From Candidatus Bipolaricaulia bacterium (GTDB lineage Bacteria > Bipolaricaulota > Bipolaricaulia > RBG-16-55-9): a stretch of 64,000 nt of DNA. Below, piece after piece: positions 48,104 to 57,812 of the stretch. The notes beneath the pieces are model-generated. The model searched no databases and was not told the DNA's origin. It saw only the letters and a list, made by a program, of their open reading frames with translations. Position 1 is the first letter of the stretch. Every line of letters starts with the position of its first letter. Location of the stretch: contig JBDGQO010000033.1 of NCBI GenBank assembly GCA_042219045.1, positions 1-64,000 of the forward strand. The letters are read 5' to 3'. The translations under genes and the position numbers were made by a program.

Positions 48104-50677
48104 TTAAAGCTTGCCCTTGAGACGGTGGAGGAGATTGAGCGCCTCGATCGGCGTCAACGTGTCGATGTCGGTGTCCCTGAGCTCGTCGACGACCGGATGG
48201 GGCTCGCTGCCGAACAGCGATGGCTGTTTGATGACCTTCGGCTCGGTCGGCTTGCTCCCCTCAATCGCTTCCAAGGGATTTCCCTGAAGGATCTGGTTCA
48301 GCACGTTGCTCGCCGTGTCGATGACCTCATCCGGGAGGCCCGCCAGCTTGGCGACATGGATGCCGTAGCTGCCTTCCGCCTCGCCGCGCTGGACCTGGTG
48401 CAGAAAGATGACGTCGTCGCCGTGGTCTTGGACGAGCACCGTCATGTTGACGACGCCGGGGAGCTTGTTGGCCAGAAGCGTCAATTCGTGATAGTGCGTC
48501 GCAAACAGCGTCTTCGCGCCGATCCGCGACACGAGATGTTCGGCCACGGCCCAGGCGATGGAGACGCCGTCGAACGTGCTCGTGCCGCGTCCCATCTCGT
48601 CCAGGATGACGAGGCTGTCCTCGGTGGCGTTGTTGAGAATCTGGGCCGCCTCGATCATCTCCACCATGAACGTGGAGTAGCCGAACGCCAGCATGTCGGT
48701 GGCGCCGACGCGCGTGAAGACCTTATCGACAATGGGCAGCTGAGCGCGCTCGGCAGGAACGAATGCGCCCATTTGCGCCATGAGGCAGATGAGCGCGGTC
48801 TGGCGGAGGTAGGTGCTCTTGCCGCTCATGTTCGGGCCCGTCAGCACGGCCAGCGTCTCATCCGGCGCCATCTCGAGGTCGTTCGGCACAAAGGGCTCGT
48901 CGGTCTGGAGGGTCTCCACCACGGGATGCCGGCCATCCGTGATCTCGATCGTGCGCCCAGGCGCAAACGTAGGCCGGGTGTAGCCGCGTCTTTTGGCGAC
49001 CTCCGCCAGGGACGCATAGACGTCGAGCTCGGCGATGTGCGCGGCAAGGCCCTGCAGTTCGCGGACGTGCTCTGCTGCTCGGTCTCGAAGCTGGCCGAAC
49101 AGCTCGTATTCGAGCTTTTGGGCCCGCTCTTGAGCGGAGAGGATCTTCTCTTCGTGCTCTTTCAGCTCCGGGGTGACGTAGCGCTCGGCGGATTTGAGCG
49201 ACTGCTTGCGCGTGTAGCGCGCCGGCACCCGATCGGCATGGGTGCGGGTCACCTCGATGTAGTAGCCGAAGACGGAGTTGTAGCCGACCTTGAGCGACGG
49301 AATCCCGGTCGCTTCCTGTTCGTCGCTTTCCAGGTCGAGAATCTTCTGTTTGCGCTCGCGCTCGCGAGCCTTGACGTCGTCGAGGTCCGCGGAGAATCCG
49401 TCTTGGATGATGCCGCCCTCTTTCAGCGTGAACGGGGCGTCCTCGCGCAGCGCCCGTTGGAACTCGTCGACCAAGGCGTCCAGCTCGAGCTGATCCAGGT
49501 CGGTTGCGATCTCGGACAAGCGGGCCGTGTCGTGGTCCTCGCGGAGCTGATCCAATTGTTGCCGCAGCACAGGCAGGTGAGCGAGGGACTGCTTCAGCGA
49601 CAGCAGGTCACGGGGCGTCGCGCGGCCGGCGCCGAGTTTGCCGGCCAGCCGCTGGACGTCGTGGATGCCAGCTAGGATATCCCGGAGGTCGGAGCGGGCC
49701 AGCTCCTCGGTGTGGAAGAGCTCGACCATGTCGAGGCGCCGTTCGATCTCAGTCCCATCCAGCAACGGACTGAGAACCCACGAGCGGAGGCAGCGTTCGC
49801 CCATCCCCGTCGCGGTGTCGTTCAGCACGGATAGCAAGGTGTGTTGTTCTCCGCCCGTGCGGAGCTCGCGGACGAGCTCGAGGTTGCGCTGCGTAAAGGG
49901 ATCGAGCCCCATGACGTTCGACGTGGCGTAAGCGGTCGGCTGCTTCAGGTGGCTCAGCCCCGCTTTCTGCGTCTCCTGCAGATAGTGGAGCAGGCCGCCC
50001 GCGGCTCGACCCGCCAGGGGACTCAGCCCCAGTCCGTCGAGCGAGACGAGCCCGAAATGGCCCGTAATGTGGTCGCCGCGAAACCGCCGTGGATCGATCG
50101 TCGTGCGTGCCTGATGGCCGTCCGGATCGAGCGCGAGGTCGTCGTCGGCCAACTCGTCCTCGGGGAGGATGAGCTCGGTCGGTTGCAGACGAGCCAGTTC
50201 CGATTTGGCATCGTGAACGTCGCCCAGCTCGGTGGCGTGAAACTCGCCCGTCGACACGTCCGCCACGGCCAGTCCGACGCGTCCCTTATCTACCACGAGC
50301 GCGGCGATGTGGTTCTGTTTGCCCCGGTCGAGGGCATCCTCGTCCAGAACCGTCCCAGGCGTCACGACGCGGACGACGTCCCGTTCGACGGGGCCTTTGG
50401 CCTCGTCCGGGTCCTGGACTTGATCGCAGATTGCGACCTTATGGCCGCGCCGCAACAGGCGGTTCAGATAGAGATGGGCTTTTTTGATGGGGACCCCCGC
50501 CATCGGTTGGCCTTCGCGCTGGGTGAGCGCGATGTCGAGCTCGCGGGCGCAGATCTCGGCGTCCTCGTAGAACGTTTCGTAGAAGTCGCCCAGCTGGAAG
50601 AAGAGAATGACGTCGGGGTGTTGGGCCTTCATGCGGAAGTACTGCTGCATCATGGGCGTCGATTTCGCCTGAGCCAT
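48104..50677 (-). CDS. mutS: DNA mismatch repair protein MutS
   Basis: TPMMQQY, GDFYE, GPNMSGKST, STFMVEM, DEMGRGTST, FATHYHEL, clamp motif QPSLF; true start 50677, not 51376. Confidence 0.96.
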   Translation of the reverse strand: MAQAKSTPMMQQYFRMKAQHPDVILFFQLGDFYETFYEDAEICARELDIALTQREGQPMAGVPIKKAHLYLNRLLRRGHKVAICDQVQDPDEAKGPVERDVVRVVTPGTVLDEDALDRGKQNHIAALVVDKGRVGLAVADVSTGEFHATELGDVHDAKSELARLQPTELILPEDELADDDLALDPDGHQARTTIDPRRFRGDHITGHFGLVSLDGLGLSPLAGRAAGGLLHYLQETQKAGLSHLKQPTAYATSNVMGLDPFTQRNLELVRELRTGGEQHTLLSVLNDTATGMGERCLRSWVLSPLLDGTEIERRLDMVELFHTEELARSDLRDILAGIHDVQRLAGKLGAGRATPRDLLSLKQSLAHLPVLRQQLDQLREDHDTARLSEIATDLDQLELDALVDEFQRALREDAPFTLKEGGIIQDGFSADLDDVKARERERKQKILDLESDEQEATGIPSLKVGYNSVFGYYIEVTRTHADRVPARYTRKQSLKSAERYVTPELKEHEEKILSAQERAQKLEYELFGQLRDRAAEHVRELQGLAAHIAELDVYASLAEVAKRRGYTRPTFAPGRTIEITDGRHPVVETLQTDEPFVPNDLEMAPDETLAVLTGPNMSGKSTYLRQTALICLMAQMGAFVPAERAQLPIVDKVFTRVGATDMLAFGYSTFMVEMIEAAQILNNATEDSLVILDEMGRGTSTFDGVSIAWAVAEHLVSRIGAKTLFATHYHELTLLANKLPGVVNMTVLVQDHGDDVIFLHQVQRGEAEGSYGIHVAKLAGLPDEVIDTASNVLNQILQGNPLEAIEGSKPTEPKVIKQPSLFGSEPHPVVDELRDTDIDTLTPIEALNLLHRLKGKL

Positions 50678-50767
50678 AGCTGGTCTCATGATAGACGGCA
50701 GAAGCGACGTCGCCAACGACGCGCGGGAGTTGCAACGGGCCCTTCCAGTTGCTACAAGCGGGGGACC

Positions 50768-51532
50768 ATGGTCACGCGCCCCGGGCAGCGATTCTCCGTT
50801 GTCGAGCCGATTCGGGAGATCAACAAGATCAAGGTCGTCGACAACGGCGAGCCGCTCGTGGGCATCGCCGATCGGTGTCCGGACATGCGGTTGCAACAGG
50901 AACCGAACGACCTCGGCATTCCGCCGCTGCCGTACCTGCGCGAGACCGTGGTCGAAATGTTGCTCGACGCCCGGCGGCTGCTGCCGGATAGGCATGACTT
51001 CTTCGTCACGAGTGCCTACCGCGCGCCCGAGCACCAGGCGGCCATCTATGAGTGGGTCTACGAGAAGTTCAAAACGGACAATCCGCATTGGCCAAAGAAC
51101 ATCCTGCGTCGGGAAACCAACCGCTACGTCCATCCGCCCGATATCCCGACGCCGCCCGGCCATTCCACAGGGGGCGCGGTCGATCTGACCATCCTCGATC
51201 CGAATGGCGAGGAGCTCGACATGGTCTCGCCCTACGACGGGGATCGCGACGTCCGCCGGCACGTCGCTGCCACCTATGACGACAAGATCTCCGAGCGAGC
51301 TCGGCGGAATCGGGATCTGCTGATCCGGGTGATGAGCGGAGCCGGCTTCACCAACTACGCTGGGGAATGGTGGCACTGGTCCTATGGCGACAGCTGTTGG
51401 GCCTGGCGGCTAGGGAAGGCCACGGCCATCTACGACAAGGTCGAACCGACGGATGAGATTCGCGCGCTCATCGACTTCTTCGAGGCGCAGCGCGAATCGT
51501 CGTCAGCTGTGACGGAAGACGACGCTGAGTGA
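50768..51532 (+). CDS. M15D D-Ala-D-Ala dipeptidase (VanX/DdpX-like)
   Basis: SAYR, GHSTGGAVDLT, EWWHWSYGD. Confidence 0.85.
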   Translation: MVTRPGQRFSVVEPIREINKIKVVDNGEPLVGIADRCPDMRLQQEPNDLGIPPLPYLRETVVEMLLDARRLLPDRHDFFVTSAYRAPEHQAAIYEWVYEKFKTDNPHWPKNILRRETNRYVHPPDIPTPPGHSTGGAVDLTILDPNGEELDMVSPYDGDRDVRRHVAATYDDKISERARRNRDLLIRVMSGAGFTNYAGEWWHWSYGDSCWAWRLGKATAIYDKVEPTDEIRALIDFFEAQRESSSAVTEDDAE

Positions 51533-51790
51533 GCGCTTGAGCCGTTCCGCGGCGTCGTCGTCCCCCTCGCTGTCGTCGTCGGTGGCGCTCGGGATGGCGG
51601 CTTCGACGTAGGCGTTCAGCATATCCAGCGTCAGCGTCGAGACCGACGATCGGACCGCGGCCAACTGGGTAAGCACCTCGTCGCCGGCCTCGCCCCGTTC
51701 GACCATGCCGGCAACGCCGCGGACCTGGCCCTCAAGGCGATGGAGCCAACGGACAAATTCCTGGCGGTCTTCGTCCTGCAGTTCGTCCAA
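51503..51790 (-). CDS. CsoR/RcnR-family repressor lacking canonical ligands
   Basis: LHRLEGQVRGVAGMVE..EVLTQLAAVRSS; TTG start with AGGAGGT RBS. Confidence 0.8.
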   Translation of the reverse strand: MDELQDEDRQEFVRWLHRLEGQVRGVAGMVERGEAGDEVLTQLAAVRSSVSTLTLDMLNAYVEAAIPSATDDDSEGDDDAAERLKRSLSVVFRHS

Positions 51791-51841
51791 TGCCCGACCT
51801 CCTTGTTCGCGCTCAACCCGACCGGGTCTGAACGGACTGGG

Positions 51842-52279
51842 TCAGAGCTCGCGCCCGAACAGGCCACGCTCCAGTGCCAGCGAGCCCGGCCCGGCGAGCA
51901 CCAGCACGACGCCCATCATGAACAGCGTCAGATCGAGATCCCAGAACCCCGTCAGCCCCAGGAAATCGTTGCCGTTGGCCAGTCCGGCCGGCAGCTTCAC
52001 CGTCAGGGTGGACACGACCATGACGATCGCCAGAACGGCCCCGGCATAGCGCGTCAGAATCCCCAACAGCACCGCGACGCCGCCGAGCAGCTCCGCGTAG
52101 GCGGCCAGCGGGGCCATGATCTCGGGCAGCGGAATGTTGAACTGGTTGGCGAAGGCGTTCGTGTAGCCCTCCAGGCCGCTCACGTGGCGCCAGCCGTAGA
52201 TGATGAAGATGAGGCCCATGGACAGGCGCGCGAGCAGTAACGCCCAATCATGCCGATCTTGGATGAGCCGAGCGAGCAT
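51842..52279 (-). CDS. DoxX-family membrane protein
   Basis: LLARLSMGLIFIIYGW, AELLGG..LGILTR, GPGSLALE. Confidence 0.85.
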   Translation of the reverse strand: MLARLIQDRHDWALLLARLSMGLIFIIYGWRHVSGLEGYTNAFANQFNIPLPEIMAPLAAYAELLGGVAVLLGILTRYAGAVLAIVMVVSTLTVKLPAGLANGNDFLGLTGFWDLDLTLFMMGVVLVLAGPGSLALERGLFGREL

Positions 52280-52332
52280 CAGGCCTCCTTTTGATGTCCT
52301 GAGACGATTTTTGTGGCGTGATCGACGCCTTA

Positions 52333-52359
52333 GGGCGCCCTTGGTCCACAAGGGCGCCC
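52333..52359. other. Perfect 11-bp inverted repeat between trxA and doxX
   Basis: GGGCGCCCTTG-5 nt-CAAGGGCGCCC. Confidence 0.6.
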
Positions 52360-52400
52360 CATCAACGCGTCGAACGCGTCAGCGGCGCCGACCGACGAGC

Positions 52401-52739
52401 TCAGGCGCTCGCCGCGTTCAGATGCGCTTCTAGCTGCTCCTTGAGCTGGCCTTTGGCGAGGAAACCGACGATGCGGTCGGCCTCGTCGCCGTCCTTGAAC
52501 AGGACCATCGTCGGGATGCTCTGCACGCCGTACTGCATGCTGAGCTCGTTGTTCTGGTCGACGTCCAGCTTGGCGACCTTGAGTTGGTCGCCGAACTCGT
52601 CGGCCAGCTCCTCGATGACGGGCGCAAGTGCCTTGCAGGGGCCGCACCAGTCCGCGTAGAAGTCGACGAGCACGGGCGTGTCGGCGTCCAAGACTTCTTG
52701 CTGGAAGTTGTCGGCGTTCACGTAGGTCAAATTGGCCAT
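52401..52739 (-). CDS. trxA: Thioredoxin
   Basis: DFYADWCGPCK, VQSIPT. Confidence 0.95.
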   Translation of the reverse strand: MANLTYVNADNFQQEVLDADTPVLVDFYADWCGPCKALAPVIEELADEFGDQLKVAKLDVDQNNELSMQYGVQSIPTMVLFKDGDEADRIVGFLAKGQLKEQLEAHLNAASA

Positions 52740-52854
52740 GTTGTTCCCTCCTGTCGTTGTTCATCGGTTGATGATGGGTCTCAGGGTACCCAAGCGACGA
52801 TAAAGCGTCCAACCCTGCGACGCGTCCATGACAGCAGATGAGGGCGAGACGTGC

Positions 52855-52870
52855 TGTAAGGCGCCTTACA
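52855..52870. promoter_or_regulatory. Crp/Fnr-type operator palindrome
   Basis: Perfect 16-bp palindrome TGTAA-GGCGCC-TTACA between divergent trxA and the Crp/Fnr gene. Confidence 0.65.
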
Positions 52871-52945
52871 CGAAGGCCGGCTGATCGTTATCATGGCCCA
52901 ACACTGGTGGATTGGGAAGCTTTGTGTCCATAAACAGGAGGCCAG

Positions 52946-53638
52946 ATGTCGGACAGCGGACGGTTCTGGTGCGTTCAAGAGTTCAGCCTAGCCGAGGCGC
53001 TTGACGCGCGCCAGCAGGGCGAGCTCGACGCGTTCATGCAGCACGTGCATTACGAAAAGGGCGAGACGATCTACTTCCCCGGTGATCCCAGTGGTACCGT
53101 CTACACGCTCCACAACGGCCGCGTGCGGCTCGACTACCTCGACGAGAGCGGCAAACGCCTGACGTTCGCCATCGTGGGTCCCGGCCAAGTGTTCGGAGAG
53201 ACGGCGTTGGCGGGCGAAGAGCGGCGTCGCTGGATCGCCGAGGCCATGGAGGATACGACGCTCTGCATCGTCCACAAGAACGACTTGATGCGTTTCGCCG
53301 AAGCGAATCCCCGGTTCGCCATGACGATCACCAAGCTGATCGGCTCCCGACTGGTCGAGGTCGAGAACAAGCTGGAAAACCTGCTCTTCCGCGGTGTGCG
53401 GGCCCGCTTGGCCAATACGCTCCTAGCGTTGGCGGAAGAGTACGGCACCGAGACCGACGAGGGCGTGCACATCCAACTGGGACTGACGCACCAGGAGCTG
53501 GCCCACCTGATCGGCTCCACGCGGGAGACCACGTCAGCGACGCTTGGTGATCTGGAAGACGAGAGCTTGATTGAAAAACGCCGGGACGGAATTGTTCTGT
53601 CGGACATGGAAGGGATTCGCGGCCTGGCCGAAGCGTGA
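52946..53638 (+). CDS. Crp/Fnr family transcriptional regulator
   Basis: cNMP-fold (IYFPGDPS, GQVFGE); HTH LTHQELAHLIGSTRETTS. Confidence 0.92.
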   Translation: MSDSGRFWCVQEFSLAEALDARQQGELDAFMQHVHYEKGETIYFPGDPSGTVYTLHNGRVRLDYLDESGKRLTFAIVGPGQVFGETALAGEERRRWIAEAMEDTTLCIVHKNDLMRFAEANPRFAMTITKLIGSRLVEVENKLENLLFRGVRARLANTLLALAEEYGTETDEGVHIQLGLTHQELAHLIGSTRETTSATLGDLEDESLIEKRRDGIVLSDMEGIRGLAEA

Positions 53639-53752
53639 CGGCGATTACAGATCGTCCGCGGCTCATCCCTTAGCCATGGGATAGCTTGCTAGATGCGACG
53701 CGACCTCCGTAGGCCAAGGAAACTGGACGTGAGGCGGCTCCGTTGGTTCGGG

Positions 53753-53795
53753 GCCGCCCTTCGTCTCTCCCAAGCCGAAGGGCGGCTGGTTTCTT
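53753..53795 (+). terminator. Probable terminator after the Crp/Fnr gene
   Basis: GCCGCCCTTCG-12 nt-CGAAGGGCGGC followed by TGGTTTCTT. Confidence 0.55.
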
Positions 53796-53822
53796 GACCG
53801 ACTTGCAGCCATTGCCTAGAAT
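53794..53822 (+). promoter_or_regulatory. sigma70 promoter of lgt
   Basis: TTGACC-17 nt-TAGAAT. Confidence 0.7.
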
Positions 53823-53934
53823 AACCCGTTCTATTGGCGAAATGGACCTCAGGGCACGGCTTCAATATCCGCTGCAGCATCCGAGCAGGCTCGTCGCACC
53901 CTCCCTGGGGAATCGATAAGGGGGCGTTTGCGCC

Positions 53935-54765
53935 ATGGACCCAGTCATCGTCGAAATTGGGCCGCTTGCCATCCGCTGGTATGGGCTCATGTACGTCGTT
54001 GCCATCGTCGTCGGCATCGTGCTCATCACCCGCGAGATCCGACGTCGCGGGCTCAATTTGACCCTGGACGACGTTCTGGACTTCGTCTTGATCACCGTGC
54101 CCTTGGCCATCATCGGGGCCCGGCTCTACTACGTGGCATTCCAATGGCAGTATTACGGGCAAAACCTGGCCGACATTTACAAGATCTGGCAAGGCGGCTT
54201 GGCGATCCATGGCGGCCTCATCGCCGGCGTCGTCGGGCTGTTGATCTTCGCCAAGTGGAAAAAGGTCTCGTTCTGGACCTTCGCCGACGTCGTGGCTCCG
54301 CCGCTCGTGTTGGGCCAGGCATTCGGGCGCTTCGGCAACTTCATGAACGGCGATGCCTACGGCATTCCGACCAATTCGATCTTCGGGGTCGTCTTCCCCG
54401 ACAACACGCCCGCGGGCCAAGCCTATCCCGAGATGCACATCCATCCGACGATGCTGTACGAACTGGTCGGCTGCTTGATCATCTTCGGCGTGCTCTTTTG
54501 GCTCCAGCGCCAACCGTTCAAGGCCGGCTTTATCACGTCCGTGTACGCCATCAGTTACTCCGTGTTGCGCTTCATCGTGGAGTTCTATCGCGGCGATGCT
54601 CTCTGTCTCACCGGCGGCACCAACTGCATCACCGGAGCCGACACGTTCGTGGAGTCGCTCAAGACGGCCCAAGTGATCAGCGTGCTCATCGTGCTCGTCT
54701 TCGTCACGCTGATGATCTTCAAGGAGCTCTACCGGCGCAGCGACACCGAGCCCTCCGAAACTTAG
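53935..54765 (+). CDS. lgt: Prolipoprotein diacylglyceryl transferase
   Basis: IRWYGLMY, GARLYYV, WQGGLAIHGG, GRFGNFMNG, HPTMLYE. Confidence 0.95.
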   Translation: MDPVIVEIGPLAIRWYGLMYVVAIVVGIVLITREIRRRGLNLTLDDVLDFVLITVPLAIIGARLYYVAFQWQYYGQNLADIYKIWQGGLAIHGGLIAGVVGLLIFAKWKKVSFWTFADVVAPPLVLGQAFGRFGNFMNGDAYGIPTNSIFGVVFPDNTPAGQAYPEMHIHPTMLYELVGCLIIFGVLFWLQRQPFKAGFITSVYAISYSVLRFIVEFYRGDALCLTGGTNCITGADTFVESLKTAQVISVLIVLVFVTLMIFKELYRRSDTEPSET

Positions 54766-54812
54766 GCGTTCGTCCGTCGGTCGGCGCGTCGAGGGCCGAC
54801 GCCCCGCCCAAC

Positions 54813-55538
54813 TCAAGACATCTCGAAGCGCTCGCCGAGGTAGAACCGTCGAGCTCGCGGATCCTCGGTGATGCTATCGGGTGGGCCTTCCCAGAACACC
54901 TGGCCGGCCTGGATGAGATAGACGTAGTCGGTCACGCGCAGCGTCTCGCGGACGTTGTGATCCGTCACGACGACGCCGAGCCCGTCGGATTTCAGTTCCT
55001 CGATCAGTTCCTGAAGTTCCTCGATGGAGAGCGGGTCGATGCCCGTAAACGGCTCGTCGAGGAGCAGATACTGGGGGTCGGCCGCCAAAGCGCGGGCGAT
55101 CTCCACGCGGCGGCGCTCGCCCGAGGAGAGCGTGTCAGCGCGCTGGCGGCGCAGCCGCACGATGCCCAATTTCTGTAGGAGCTCATCGACGCGCGCCTGG
55201 CGGTCCGATCGCCGAACGCCGTGTCCCTGCAGGACGATCTGGAGGTTGTCCGTGACCGACAGCTTGCGGAAGATGGACGCCTCCTGGGGCAAGTAATGGA
55301 GCCCGGCCCGCGCGCGCCGATGGAAGGGCCAATGGGTGATGGGCTCACCGTCGAGCGTGATCTGCCCGGAGACGGGGGCAACGAGGCCCGTCATGCAATG
55401 GAACGTTGTTGTCTTGCCCGCGCCGTTCGGGCCGAGCAGGCCGATCACCTGCTGCGGCTCGACCCGGAGCGTGACGTCGTCGACGATGCGACGCGCGCCG
55501 TAGCTTTTGTGCAGGTTCTCGGCTTCCAGGGTCGGCAT
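54813..55538 (-). CDS. lptB: Lpt ABC transporter ATPase LptB
   Basis: GPNGAGKTT, YLPQEASIFRKL, GERRRVEIARALA, LLDEPF, TDHNVRETL, YLGERF. Confidence 0.92.
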   Translation of the reverse strand: MPTLEAENLHKSYGARRIVDDVTLRVEPQQVIGLLGPNGAGKTTTFHCMTGLVAPVSGQITLDGEPITHWPFHRRARAGLHYLPQEASIFRKLSVTDNLQIVLQGHGVRRSDRQARVDELLQKLGIVRLRRQRADTLSSGERRRVEIARALAADPQYLLLDEPFTGIDPLSIEELQELIEELKSDGLGVVVTDHNVRETLRVTDYVYLIQAGQVFWEGPPDSITEDPRARRFYLGERFEMS

Positions 55539-55539
55539 C

Positions 55540-56145
55540 TCAGCGTCCGCCCTCCAATTGGACCTCGAGCGACGCGCTCTGCATCGTCAGGCTCTCCGAC
55601 TGCAGGTCGTAGCTGAACCCGATGCCGCGCATGGAGAGGTCATCCCGCTGGATGCGGACGCCCGTCTCGCCCGTGATGCGACGCTGCTCGGCGTTCCAGC
55701 GGGCCCGGTCGGTCTCGAACGTCAGGCTGTCGGGCCCCTCACCGCGAACGTCGCCCTGCAGCCGGAGGTTCCGCGTCCGATGCTCGACGACGAGTCGATC
55801 CGCCCGGACCGTCAGCGCGACCGTCTGACGGTTGCCGGTGGCGGCCGCGTCCATGAAGCGCACGCGGACGTTGCGGGCGCGGCTCCGGTCACGTCCGCGC
55901 TTGTAGCTCATCTTGCCCACGTCCATGGTCCAGACAAGCCGGCCCGACGGGTCGTGGTGCGTGAGCGTCCCTTGCTGGATGGCAATCGCTGGGCCGTCGG
56001 ATGGCTCGGCCGAACTGGACGACGGGTCGGTGCTTCCGCACCCGCTGGCGATGACGGCGAGCAGCGCCAGCGTCAGGAGGAGCGGGCCGCCACGTCGTCT
56101 GGATCGGGCGCGCTGGAAGTCGGTTGGCCGCTTTGGTGCAGGCAT
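55540..56145 (-). CDS. lptC: LptC-like beta-jellyroll lipoprotein
   Basis: Lipobox [39 protein letters not shown]; 1 bp upstream of lptB; start uncertain (overlaps pyrG end). Confidence 0.7.
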   Translation of the reverse strand: MPAPKRPTDFQRARSRRRGGPLLLTLALLAVIASGCGSTDPSSSSAEPSDGPAIAIQQGTLTHHDPSGRLVWTMDVGKMSYKRGRDRSRARNVRVRFMDAAATGNRQTVALTVRADRLVVEHRTRNLRLQGDVRGEGPDSLTFETDRARWNAEQRRITGETGVRIQRDDLSMRGIGFSYDLQSESLTMQSASLEVQLEGGR

Positions 56146-57713
56146 GCGTGCACAAATCCCATGAACAAGGGTCGAGGTGAGGTCGGACGCGACTTGAACT
56201 CCGGATGGAACTGGGACGCGATGAAAAAGGGATGATCGGGAATTTCTGCGATCTCCATGCGGCGTCCGTCGGTCGAGGCGCCGGAGAAGCGCAGGCCGGC
56301 ATCTTCGAGCCACGGGATGTAGTCCGGATGGACCTCGAAGCGATGGCGATGGCGCTCCTCGATCGTCTCGGCGTCGTAGAGCGCGTGCGCGAGCGTGTCG
56401 GGCTTGAGGTGGACGGGATACGACCCGAGCCGCATGGTGGCGCCCTTGTCGGCCAGATGGCGTTGCTCCGGCATCAGGTCGATCACGGGATGCTCCGCGT
56501 CGCGTTCGAACTCGGTGCTGTTGGATCCCTGGAACCCCAAGACGTTGCGGGCAAACTCGACGACCGCCATTTGGAACCCATAACAGATCCCGAGAAACGG
56601 AAACCCGTTCTCGCGCGCGTAGCGGATTGCGTCGATCTTGCCTTCGGCGCCACGATGGCCGAAGCCGACGGGCACGATCACGCCGTCGACGTCCTCGAGC
56701 CAGGCGTCGCGATACTCGTCGGCCTCGATCCAGACGATCTCCGTACTCGCTTGGTGGTGAGCCGACGCGTGGCCCAAGGCCTCGACGTAGCTGACGTAGC
56801 TGTCGCGCAGATCAGTGTATTTGCCCACAAGCGCGATGCGGAGCCCGTGCTCGGGGTGCTGGGCTTTGTGGAGGTAGTCGCGCCACTCGCTCAGGTCGTG
56901 TTCGTTCGGAAACAGTTCCAGTCGCCCCATCAAGTAGTCCGTCAGGCCTTGTTCCTCGAAGACGAGCGGGACGTCGTAGACGAGGTCGACGTCGTGATGA
57001 CTGACGACGGCCTCCCCCGGAACGTCGCAGAACAGCGCGATCTTTTCCTTGATGGCGACGCTCAACGGCGCGTCGCTGCGGCCCAGGATGATGTCGGGTT
57101 GGATGCCGATCGCGCGCAGCTCCTTGACCGAATGTTGTGTCGGCTTTGTCTTGTGCTCGCCCACGGCCCCGAGTTGGGGAACGAGCGTCGTGTGGGCAAA
57201 GGCGACGTGGGCGTCGCCGAGCTCCTGGTGCATCTGCCGGATGGCCTCCAGGAAGGGCATGCTCTCGATGTCGCCGACGGTGCCGCCGAGCTCGACGATC
57301 ATGACGTCGGCTTGGGTCTGGTCCTCCACCCGCCGAATGGCGGCCTTGATCTCGTCCGTCACGTGGGGAATGATCTGGACCGTCTCGCCCAAATACTCGC
57401 CGCGACGTTCCTTTTCGATGACCGTCTTGTAGACCTTGCCCGTGGTAATATTGTGATCGCTGGTGAGGTCTTGGTGCAGGAACCGCTCGTAGCTGCCGAG
57501 GTCCATGTCGACCTCGCCGCCGTCGTCCAGGACGAAGACTTCCCCGTGCTGATAGGGGTTCATCGTGCCGGCGTCGCAGTTGAGATAGGGATCGATCTTG
57601 ACGGCCGTGACGCTGAGGCCCCGGGCTTTCAAGAGCCGTCCCAGCGAGGCGGTGGCAATCCCCTTGCCCAGTCCAGACAGCACGCCGCCGGTCATGAAGA
57701 GGTATTTGGTCAT
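56073..57713 (-). CDS. pyrG: CTP synthase
   Basis: [47 protein letters not shown]. Confidence 0.97.
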   Translation of the reverse strand: MTKYLFMTGGVLSGLGKGIATASLGRLLKARGLSVTAVKIDPYLNCDAGTMNPYQHGEVFVLDDGGEVDMDLGSYERFLHQDLTSDHNITTGKVYKTVIEKERRGEYLGETVQIIPHVTDEIKAAIRRVEDQTQADVMIVELGGTVGDIESMPFLEAIRQMHQELGDAHVAFAHTTLVPQLGAVGEHKTKPTQHSVKELRAIGIQPDIILGRSDAPLSVAIKEKIALFCDVPGEAVVSHHDVDLVYDVPLVFEEQGLTDYLMGRLELFPNEHDLSEWRDYLHKAQHPEHGLRIALVGKYTDLRDSYVSYVEALGHASAHHQASTEIVWIEADEYRDAWLEDVDGVIVPVGFGHRGAEGKIDAIRYARENGFPFLGICYGFQMAVVEFARNVLGFQGSNSTEFERDAEHPVIDLMPEQRHLADKGATMRLGSYPVHLKPDTLAHALYDAETIEERHRHRFEVHPDYIPWLEDAGLRFSGASTDGRRMEIAEIPDHPFFIASQFHPEFKSRPTSPRPLFMGFVHACLHQSGQPTSSAPDPDDVAARSS

Positions 57714-57731
57714 GGTGGGGTCACTCGCCGC

Positions 57732-57760
57732 ATTATAGGCGGCCCGATGGGGCCCATCAA
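57732..57760 (-). promoter_or_regulatory. sigma70 promoter of pyrG-lptC-lptB
   Basis: TTGATG-17 nt-TATAAT. Confidence 0.7.
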
Positions 57761-57812
57761 GGAGGCCCGTCGCTCGGGCGCTGAGCGCGGATCGTTCGAC
57801 CGAGGCAGAGCG

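Noticed and set aside
50678..51376. Apparent ~230-aa N-terminal extension of MutS
   Set aside because: It is the antisense of the D-Ala-D-Ala dipeptidase gene; MutS homology begins at STPMMQQY
50768..51532. Vancomycin resistance cluster
   Set aside because: Isolated M15D dipeptidase; no vanH/vanA/vanRS
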